Shown here: positions 53,392-64,000 of the stretch, piece after piece
Position numbering within the stretch: position 1 is the stretch's first letter
Layout: every line of letters starts with the position of its first letter
Origin: Eledone cirrhosa
Taxonomy: Eukaryota
Length of the DNA stretch: 64,000 bases
Direction: 5' to 3'
Assembly: GCA_964016885.1 (NCBI GenBank)
Contig: OZ024743.1
Coordinates: 96,410,001 to 96,474,000 of the forward strand
Notes under the pieces: model-generated
The model's input: only the letters and a program-made list of their open reading frames with translations
Databases searched by the model: none
What the model was told of the DNA's origin: nothing
Translations under genes and position numbers: made by a program

Positions 53392-53431
<40 letters not shown>

Positions 53432-53614
53432 ACAAACACACACACACTAACTAACTATAAATATATGTAAATAATTAAATTTACAGTTGACATCTATGTA
53501 AGTTTAGCAGGTTTAATGGGTATTCTAAAGATAGGAGCTCATGTCATATCATGGAAAGCAATGATTTTATAATCATGTCCTATACCCATTAAACTTCCTA
53601 TGTGATGCATTGTG

Positions 53615-53835
53615 AAGACATGTGGCTCAGTGGTTAGAGAATTGCAATCGTGAGGTTGTGAGTTCGATTCCCAGACTGGGTGATGCGTTATGTCTTTGAG
53701 CAAGACACTTAATTTCATGTTGCTCTTTCTATCTGGATTTGTGATTGGTAGATAGTATTAGCAATTGGAAAGACCAATGGAAACATTGTTTCCTTGGTCT
53801 GATTTGATGAGGCCTGGGATCTTGTTGATCAACTA
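53615..53835 (+). mobile_element. CORE-SINE variant with an alternative tail
   Basis: Head and first half of CORE as in the main SINE; tail matches 56550-56648. Confidence 0.75.
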
Positions 53836-53877
53836 TCAATATATATATGTATACACATATGTAAATATATATATAAT

Positions 53878-54070
53878 AATAATTGTTTCTACTTTTGGCA
53901 CAAGGCCAGCAATTACCCAGTAGATTACTGGTACTTTATTTTATCGACCCCGTAAGGATGAAAGGCAAAGTTAACCTCGGCGGGATTTGAACTCAGAATG
54001 GCAAGGGCCGTAACTCTATGCTTCAAAGCATGGCGTCCGACCCTCTACCGATACTGCCAATTCACCGCCC
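53878..54070 (-). mobile_element. second-lineage SINE, full length
   Basis: Matches the 29281 and 51912 copies; (AAT)n flanks. Confidence 0.9.
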
Positions 54071-54553
54071 AATAATAATAAACTTTAATCTGTTATTTTA
54101 ATAAATATATATATATATATATAAAATGTCAATAAGGATAGAAGTTGTAGCTCAACCAGCATGACATGTTGAGTGTATGAACAGCATACTTAATATCCTG
54201 CCATATTACTTATGAAAAACAAAAAAAAAAAAAAAGAAAATGTAAAATTTAAAAGAAATGAATTTTTCCATTTTGATTAGTAAATATAACATTTAAAAAA
54301 TATTTGTATTGTTAACTTCAGTGGTTTCTCAGCCATCAGAATCAACTGTTAAGTAAACAATGAAGCAAATAAACTGTATGAAAACAGTGGCACCTCATTT
54401 TTTTGTTGGATTGATATATGGTGATGGGAAGTTAATGATGTTATTCAGTACACCATATTAGTAAATAGTTTCATTCTGTTGCTTGAGGATATCAACTCCC
54501 TACATGTTGCATGGATTCCCATCATGATCTATAGCATGTCTTAGGCACTTTAA

Positions 54554-54774
54554 CCCTTTAGCATTTACATTACTCTATATATACTATTGTATTTTCATGG
54601 TAAAGGCTTTACTTCACATAATTATCTCACATAATATTGAATCTATGAGATTTTGATGTTATTTATTTTGAGAACAATACCTTAACATTGGTATGAATGG
54701 CCAGTTACAGCCAGTTTGAACAGAAAGAGGTGAGAGAATTCTGGCCGGGTATGGCTGGTTTAAATGCTAAAGGG
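54554..54774 (-). mobile_element. piggyBac-type MITE, complete copy
   Basis: TTAA flanks; perfect TIR CCCTTTAGCATTTA. Confidence 0.9.
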
Positions 54775-55841
54775 TTAAAACAGGTAAAGCCCATTTTTCT
54801 ACAGGTTTGTCTACAGCTGATTTCTTTGAGAAAGAGAAATAGAGAAAATCAGCCTAGCGCTGGTACTTTGTCAATCCTGAAAGGGTGAAAAGAAAAGTTG
54901 ACCATGGCAGTATTTGAACTTAGAATGCAAAGATCCAGAATAAATGTTGTCATATTATCTGATGCTCTAATGGTTCTACCAATTTTACTACCATGTTACT
55001 TATTCTCTATATCATGTCAGTGTCCCAATTTCTTTTGAAAGAACATTACTATTGTCTGCATGTACCATGTGTAAACAGATTCCTTGGCTCAGTCTACTGA
55101 AGCAGGAATTATATTCTATTAGTAAAATGTTTGCCAAGTGAGCTGTACATTGCTGAAGATAATATAGACTGCAAAAGGTTTTACATTTCTGTCAGCTGTC
55201 GTGTTGATAATGAGTCTGAATTGAGACAAAAGTCTGCCATAGATTCATATGTAATCGACTTCAGCAATACGTTCAGTCATTTTTTCTGAATTACAGTCTA
55301 TGACCTGGCTATTTCTTTGGGTTGTGAATCAGAGAAGTGGGTTAATATTGAGGAGTCAAGGTATTCAATAGAACAAGTATTAGGTGTATTAGTGTGTACG
55401 TGCGATGGTGGTGGGGATCTGTAGTATTTCTTTGTTGCAACCAAGTAGCCAGTTCTGCTGTGTACACACATGAGCAACCAACGTCACCGGAGCTTGCTTA
55501 CTGCTACAACGATGAGTTGCAGGAAAGCTGCTTGTGGAAGCTTGTTAATTCCATCGGAATCAGTTTTGGCTGTATGCATGTGTATTTGTTTTTATGTAAG
55601 TGGATGTGAGTGCATACATGTGTGTGCATGTGATTACACATGTATTTGTGTTTTGATATAGGTGTGTGTGTATGTGTGTGTGTTTGTATGTGTATTTCTG
55701 GTTTTATATAGATGTATGTATATGTGCATGTGTGTATGTATGTAATTACATGTGTATTTCTATTTTTATATAGATGTATGTGTGTGTATGTGTGTATTAC
55801 CATTTGATTATATATGTTAGCTATCATTTGATTCAGTCCAA

Positions 55842-55905
<64 letters not shown>

Positions 55906-56430
55906 ATGTGTATGTATATGTGTATGTGTATGCATAGTTTTGATTTTGTGTATTTTTGGCAAACAACATGATGATGCCTTTATGAGAGCATGTTTGATTT
56001 ATGTGTGTAGTATATGTGCAATATATTCATGTATAAGTGTATATGCTATAATATCTAGTATATGTGCAATATATTCATGTATAAGTGTATATGCTATAAT
56101 ATCTAGTATATGTAGGATAGAACACATCTGTATATATTTACATTAATGCTTTTTTCCTACATATGTATGTAGGTAAGATAATTCAGGAAGTACATACCAC
56201 TCATCCTTTATATAATACTAACATTTCATGTTCATTATTCTTTTTTTATATTGGGGTGTATATAGACTTTTTCCTTTTCTCTTTTGATTTATAAGTATGT
56301 ATATTTAATTTTGTCTGCAAATTGTATATTTTTTAAAACTATATATACATACACACACACACACATATATATATATATATGTTTGTATTTTTTTATGTAT
56401 GTATGTATGTATGTGTGTGTGTGTGTGTGT

Positions 56431-56648
56431 GAAGGCGTGTGGCTGAGTGGTTAGAGAATTGGATTCACAATCGTGAGGTTGTGAGTTCGATTCCCGGACC
56501 GGGTGATGCGTTATGTCCTTGAGCAAGACACTTTATTTCACATTGCTCCTTCTACCTGGAGTTGCCACCGATAGATAGTACTAGCAATTGGAAAGACTAA
56601 TGGAAACATTATTTCCTCGGTCCGATTTGATGAAAGTCGATCGTTCCT
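56431..56648 (+). mobile_element. CORE-SINE variant with an alternative tail
   Basis: tggctgagtggttagag..gagttcgattcc..ccttgagcaagacactttatttcacattgctcc, then a non-RTE tail. Confidence 0.8.
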
Positions 56649-56669
56649 GATATATATATATATATGTAT

Positions 56670-57025
56670 ATATAAACACACATACACATAATATATATAT
56701 ATAAACACACGTACACATAATATATATATGTAAACACACATACACATAATATATATATATAAACACACGTACACAAAATATATATATGTAAACACACATA
56801 CACATAATATATATATATATAAACACACATACACATAATATATATATATAAACACACACATAATATATATATATATATATAAACACACATACACATAATA
56901 TATATATATTAACACACATACACATAATACATATATATATATATTAACACACATACACATAATATATATATAACTACACACATACACATAATATATATAT
57001 AAACACAAATACACATAATAGATAT
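56670..57025. repeat. ~30-bp minisatellite aaacacacatacacataa(ta)n
   Basis: About a dozen units by inspection. Confidence 0.85.
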
Positions 57026-58977
57026 ATAACTACAGACATCACTTGCAACCATTTCCCTTTTGATCCAGTGGAACATTCGGAATGTAGAGATAAGTAACAA
57101 ATACTTTAATGACTGCCAAATTGACCGAAATAGACACACATGCAGATGGCCGTTTAAAGATTGAGGATTAGCTTTAGTTTTAAGATGCTGCTGTATCTCT
57201 GTGGCCATTTACAAATGATGTATTTATTTCTAATAGAAGCAATTTCAAATAAAACATTCTCCTTTGAAACAATAAAACTCTTGTAGTGGATTTGAACTCA
57301 GAACCTATCAGTAGGTAGCTTAATTTCTCATCCATGAAACCTTTTAATGCTAAATTGCTTGAAACTATTCCTGATCCTATGATAATTTTATGAATGCTTC
57401 AAATATCAGATAAATTATAAAAAAGTTATTTTATTAAATCCCTTGAATTCTTGAAGTTTCAAAATTATTTGAAAACCATGGACATTGTGTTTCATTAAGA
57501 ATATGGTAATGAAAGGGTAAAGGTATGTTGCTCCTATACTCTGCTTGTAAGTGGATATATATGTATTCTTTTGACATTCAATACTCTGAACTAGGTGAAG
57601 TAATATCAGAAACAGTTAAGAACTAGTAGAAAATGATTTGCAGTATTTTAACATCATCCTGCTAGGTTTTGAACTCAAATTTTGCTAGGCTCAATTTTAT
57701 TTCATTTTATGGAGGTGATAAGATTAGTAGGAAACATATAGTGGTCTTATTCCAATATAAGAAATCATTATTTGAGTCTGAGAAGATCTCTGTCCTTGCC
57801 TTAGTTTACTATGTACCTTGCACATTATACAAAATGACTTTCAGCATTTAGTTATGGATCTTTACATTCTAAGTTCACATCTTGTCATGGTCAACTTTGC
57901 TATACATCTTTCTAGGGTTGATAAAATAAAGAATCTGTTAAGTATTGATATTGATTTAATTGATTTTCACCTCACTTAAGATTGCTGGTATTGTGCCTAA
58001 ATTAGAGGCCATTCTTTATTATGTTTACAAATAACTATGTATACTTAAGTGACAGCAAAGAAAGGAAATATTCATTCATGTATTAACCAAATATCTGATG
58101 GTATGATTGATTGCAATTTATGAAGAATTAGTACATTGTTTCTATTTACATACAATGTTTCTATTACCCTAAATAAAGAAATCATTATTGGACATTAATC
58201 AACAACCCAATGATTCTTAGATACTTGATGCAATTTCATTTAATCTTTTTTATGATGCTTCCATTTACTCACACACTAAACTTTTTCCTTGGATTCTCTT
58301 TTACAAGTTCACTTTTTCTCCACTTCTCTCTCTGGCAATTATCATTATTTAATTCTGAGTTAGGCAAAGCCATTTATATCATAGTCTGTTTTCATATACT
58401 TTGTTTACTAACCAAATACTGTTTGTAGTAAACACCCTGAAGTCAATAGACATTGTTTGTGACATATTTAGTCTCCTTTTTCTTCTGTGCCTCTCTTATC
58501 GACCCACCGACCCAACATCAAACCTTTCTACGTCTGGATAGAAAATGTATTGCTTCTCCAGAACATCTGACATCCTGTTCTGAGAACTTGTCAAAGCTGA
58601 ACACATCTTGTCATGTAAAAAAAATATACTTTTAGTGTTAGTTTTTATCATAGTCAGTTATTTACATATTATATATGCTATTATTTTTAATGAAAAGGCA
58701 TGTAGCTGAGTGGTTAGGGTTTTCACATCAAGATTTCATGGTCATGGTGAATTTGAGGAACACATACACAAAGAAAAAATTAAAACATTTAATCGAAAAG
58801 TCACATGATAAGTGCAGGCATGGGTGTATGGTTAAGAAATTCACTTTGCAACCTCCTAGTTTCAAGTTCAGTCCCACTTTGTGGCCCCTTGATCAAGCAT
58901 CTTGGGTCGAGCAAGCTCTTGTGAGAGAAATTTGGTAGATGAAAACTGTGCAGAAGCTGATCATGTATATATATATG

Positions 58978-59014
<37 letters not shown>

Positions 59015-59239
59015 GTGTATGTGTGTCTGTGGGTGGGTGGGGTGTATATATATATATATATATATATAGGAACTACTAGACAATAGTGCCAAATGTTTTT
59101 GGACTTAGTGCTAAAATGTCTTAGATTAAAGACTTTGTCAGAGGTTCTAATTTGCAAGTATACACCGATTTCCAATTGATCTGACTGGATCCCCAAGTGA
59201 AACCTGCCAAGATCATGGTTGGTTTTGCCCATAAAATCT

Positions 59240-60000
59240 TTCCTGAGACATTGTAATCACTTGTCCATAGTATTGGAGCTGTGATCTCTCAATTCAGGAA
59301 AATGGTGACTCTACCTGGAATGACTCTCTGAACTCCAAGCTATGGGCTGTGAGTAACATTACTCCAAAGACACTTCAGAGGAACCCTATTTCAGCTATTT
59401 GTATTTGCAATCATATTCTTTCAGTCATTACCCAAAATTCATTACCATAGGCCAAAGGATGGCAAGAATACTGAATTGAAGATAGCAAATTTGGCTTTTA
59501 CACCTACTTTCCTTCTTCTGATAACTGAATTTTGAAGCTGGTGCATTACTACACCAGCTCCTACAATTCTTGCACTTAATTCATCCTCCTGCCTTCCATC
59601 ACTTAAGAACAGGGACCCAAAATACTTGAAATTCTCCACCTGCTTCAGTGGAACTCTACTCACATGTAGAGTACACTGTGGAGGCTTCCGTCTCAGTCTT
59701 TGCAGCACTGATTTCATTTCTGTCATGCAGCACTTGGCAGTAAGCACAAGTTAAGTAGTACCATGTTGTCTGCAAATTCCAGCTGACTGATCTTTCAGCT
59801 GCCAGTCCTGATACTACTTCCAACCTAGAATGTCAATCCTGTCCATAAAGATTATGAACAGGAGAGGTGACAGAATACACTCTTGGCAGAGTTTGACACC
59901 CACATTGAATAGTTTCGACAGTGCCATTTATCCGAACTCAAATACATGGCCATTCTAGAGACATTAAGGTCAGAAGAAACTGTCCATTGATCCCAAATTT
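59240..60000 (-). mobile_element. old degenerate RTE LINE fragment
   Basis: ORF 59442-59747 PLKQVENFKYFGSLFLSDGRQEDELSARI; upstream GV.LCQECILSPLLFIIFMD remnant. Confidence 0.75.
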
Positions 60001-60920
60001 TTTACATGGAGGTAGAGAAAGTGGGGATCCTTCAACATGTGGTCACTTGATCTACCTAAAATAGCAATCAAATCACCCTCAAAACCCATCCAACTATGTC
60101 AACCATTTAATGACTATATTTCTAATGAAATACTCACCATTTGAATTAATGAAATATTTTGATGAATTTATCAAATTATTAATTATTTCATTACCCAGAT
60201 GATATTTTTAACCTTAATTAGCGGTACTTATATTAGGTATCACAGTAGAGCTTCATGGAAGGGGCAACAATCTACATTTGCTTGATCATTTTCATGTCAA
60301 AAAACATTTTTTCCGTGGAAAAATGTATTTTACGTACATCCAATTCTGAGAAAGTTTCATTAGTGATTAAACAAAATTGAATAATTTTATTGTTAAATAT
60401 CACTAACACTTTTAATAGGAGTGTTAGTAACAATTTGGTTAACTTTTAAGCTTCGGTAATGGCCATATTGAATCTGCAACTTGGCATAATATGTAAGTGT
60501 CAAATTTTGAACAAACTCATATGAGAAGAAAGTTTACATCAAGAAATTTCATTAATATATAATTTTCCACAGAAAAAATGTATTTTGACATGAAAATGAT
60601 TAAGCATAAAGTGGATTTTTGCATGGTCAAACTGCACATTGCCCCCCTTCTACGCAACTCTACAGGGTTACCTATTAAATATATTGTAAAGCTACAGAGC
60701 GGATTAAGTTTTATATTAGGTACCAGTGTATCAAGACTGAGCCCCCTACACATAACAGACCGCAATATAGCTATGTCTGAAAATGCATGAAAAGCTTGCG
60801 AAGGCCTTTAATTGCTGTAATTTAATTGTTTATAGCCATTAGAATTTTATCGAAATGGTATCATGTCCCAAAATCTCACACTTCTCTATTTTTCTATATC
60901 TTCTTTCATTATTAATTCTT

Positions 60921-60956
60921 TCTTCTGATGAAGGACTACCGTTCGAAACGTTAAGA
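60921..60956 (+). ncRNA. ultra-minimal hammerhead ribozyme (36 nt)
   Basis: tctt-CTGATGA-a ggac tacc gttc-GAA ACGT T^aaga; loopless palindromic helix III. Confidence 0.75.
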
Positions 60957-63371
60957 CTCTTTTCCTATTATATCAAGCTTTATGCTTATATATATCTTCA
61001 TTGTATTGTATCATTTTGCTGTGTTGTTTCCATTTACTTTTCACATACCTATATGTAGAAATAAATATATATTGACTCTGCTAATTTTCCAACTTGAAAG
61101 TGTCAGTAAAAGTCTTATACCCCATGATCTTTTCCTTGAAAAGGAGTGCACCTATGAACATTTTTAGCTACTTTGGTGTAAAACTGTAACCTACAACTTG
61201 CATTATATATTCACTTTTATATATTATATTAACATTTTTAATCTAAGTTTCTTTTTCATATAACCTAAATTTCATCTGCATTTTAGTTTTCTACTGTAGC
61301 TGATTTTATTTATTTATTTTCCTTTTGCTTTAATGGATTTTCTGTTTCATATCACTACCATATAACCAAATAAGTTGCCAAGAATGCGATAAAAAAAAAA
61401 CAATAACAAAAGAAACAAAAAAATAAAACAACTTTAAAAATTTTCTTTTCTTTATAATAATGATACAAAGCTTGAACTTCTTAACTTTCGTAGTTTGAAA
61501 TATTAATGTGGGGAGTCAATCAAGCAAATAGACTAGACAGAAACACCTAATGTTTGGTGGGTAGATGAAATAATCATAGTAATTATTTTATTCTTGGTCT
61601 CTTGTGTGCCATCTTTACACTGCCTTACAACCAAATCACAATTCTTCTCATCTTTAAAGCTGTTGTGGCTGTTGTTTAGCCCCATATTTAGCCATGGCTA
61701 TACCATATCTTTGAATAAGATATGCTGCATCTGTTCTACATTATACTGGATACAAGTCTTTTACTCTTTTTACAACAGGTGTAATTTGAGGGAAATTTGG
61801 CTACCATTTCTAGCAAATAGATCTATGACAGAAAGACCCTTTCATTAGCTCCTCACTGAAGTTCCAAGTTGTGGTTGAAATCCCTTTTGCTTGAGTTAAA
61901 CTTTTGTTTCTTCTAAAGTTTTGGAGCAGTGGTTGGATGATTCAGATCATTTGTCACAAGGAACTGTGTGCAAGGATATACATTAATGCTTCAGCAAGCT
62001 AGTGAGGAAACCTCCATGTGGTGATTTGGCCTGTTAAAAATAGCAGCCAATCTGGTCTTATATAACACTATCACACCCTACCATCTCAAAAAGGAAGGAG
62101 TTATTGGATAATGTAGTCCTCAATATGTAAAAGGAGAGGATGGTTCCAGCTCTACTGCCTTTGGTGATGGATAAGTTTACTCAAACAGATCAGCCACTAT
62201 TACCATATTTCTGATAAAAGACAGCTTATAATTTTGTAAATAATTTTGATACTATATTTGTGTGTGTGTATATTCCTATAGCACAGACTTTTGGAAGTAT
62301 GATGAAAACTCTGACATGATTGATATCAGCACATGTTTTGCTCAGAGAAATATGACTGCTGTCTACTTAAAATTAAATTTTGAGTCAGTTGGTCAATTAC
62401 ATCTCTCTCATAATACATCATATTATTGCTTATGTTTCAGCAATGTTATTCTAATTGCCAACAGAGTCAATGTTTCGTGGCTTTAAAAGTCAATAGCATT
62501 AATACTGTTCAGTGTGTTCTGATTGAATTAACAGTTATTTGTTATCAGCTGAAAGTCTGTTTAAGTTGTGTTAAACTGATCAATTTCTCATTTCTGATTA
62601 TAGTGCAAAGACTTTGAACTATAGGCTTTATTAAAAGTATAGGCTACTTTGGATCAATAGGTTACATTAAATTATAGGCTACATTCAAACTAGATTAAAA
62701 CAATCTCCAGTTGCTGACCCTTTCACCTAACTTCTAATTAAAGGTAAAGCAGTGAATTGGCAGAATCATTAGTGTGTTGTATAGAATGTCTTGCTGTATT
62801 TGGTCCAGCTCTTTTCACTCAGTTGAAATCCCACCATGGTCAACTTTGTTTTTCCTCAATTTGTGGTTAATAAATAAAGTACCAGTTCAGTTCTTGGGCC
62901 ACCCACCCCTCTCTCTCTCTCCATAATTCAATGGTCTAGCCTTATCTCTATGAGCTTCGATGATTTTGCCTGAGAATTGCGACAAAGGCAGTTGGAATTC
63001 AGTTGATCGAACAATTGAAGGTTCATTGTCATAACTGACAAAGAATCCCTCACCAGTTAAAGATATACATGCATACATACAGGCAACACAGGACATCAAT
63101 AGTGCTTCTAAGTTATTATTTGACCTGCTAGAAATATCAGCCAAACCTCCTTCAATTCAAAACCTATTATCTCTATATATAACAAAGGATACATTAAGCA
63201 GTGTAATCTCTGATATATAAAAGATGGAATGGTCAAGAATGGAAAACCTGTAATCATTACTGGTCAAGTTTGATAATGACTGACCAGGGACTAAGCAATT
63301 TCATCAGCAAAACAATTGCACCCATACATGTCTTCTTTTTTAATTCACACGTTTTGTGGATTAGAAGGAAG

Positions 63372-63937
63372 ATCATCATCATCATCATCACCGTTTTACA
63401 TCCATTCTTCCACGCTAGCATGGGTTAGACGGGTTGTCCTGTGATGGACAGTGTCCAGTGGCTGACCTTGTCTTGCTCATACGGGAACTGATTCTGGCTT
63501 GATTTCTACAGCTGGATGCCCTTCCTAACACCAACCTCATTTACAGTGAGTGCTGGGTGTTTTTTACCCATGGCATCTACACGTTCACTTTACAGTGTGG
63601 GCTGGGTGCTTTTTTGCCGTGGCACCTCCACGACCACTTTGCAGTGGGAGGGTGTGGGAGCATATTGTCTATATGCTTCAGCTTGTTCCCGTGGGCAGTC
63701 GGGTCTTCTGTATTACTGCATGACACCAGGTCTTCTTGGGTCTCCCCACTCCGCGGCTTCCATCGACTTTTAGTGCTCTGCACCTTTTTATGTAGCTGTC
63801 ATCCTTCATATGCATCACATGTCCATACCAACGCAACCTCCTCTCCTGCACACAGCATTTGATTCCTCTTATGCTCAGTCCCTCTCTCAATTCGTTTATG
63901 CTTTGCTGTTCATGTATATTACTATTACACATCCATC
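63372..63937 (-). mobile_element. RTE family A 3' fragment with internal deletion
   Basis: ORF 63678-63932; 3' UTR matches 6449-6750. Confidence 0.9.
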
Positions 63938-64000
63938 TGTCTTAAGATGTCTTAAGAAATATATAATTAATTACACTGATACCACATGACTCCTGGAAAT

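Overview
AT-rich, repeat-saturated eukaryotic non-coding DNA. A cephalopod (octopod) origin is inferred from CORE-type tRNA-SINEs resembling octopus OR SINEs, RTE LINEs with (GAT)n tails and very long (TA)n tracts. No host protein-coding exon could be supported. Contents: (1) a decayed Penelope-like element (PLE; RT + GIY-YIG, ~4960-10720) split by an RTE insertion with a 7-bp TSD, plus a second PLE 3' fragment; (2) about 14 complete or slightly degenerate minimal type-I hammerhead ribozyme (HHR) motifs and several half-motifs, from at least six sequence families, mostly in short modules inserted in (TA)n and often arranged as fold-back pairs with an HHR on each strand; (3) three young RTE LINE families whose RT carries an embedded C4HC3 PHD-like finger, plus an older RTE family lacking it; (4) two tRNA-derived SINE lineages, one with a tail assembled from two different RTE 3' ends; (5) a TTAA/piggyBac-type MITE, one copy of which has grown a 72-bp minisatellite; (6) kilobase-scale compound microsatellites. 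Most ORFs in the supplied track are microsatellite or antisense artefacts. All coordinates and RNA folds were read by eye and are approximate.
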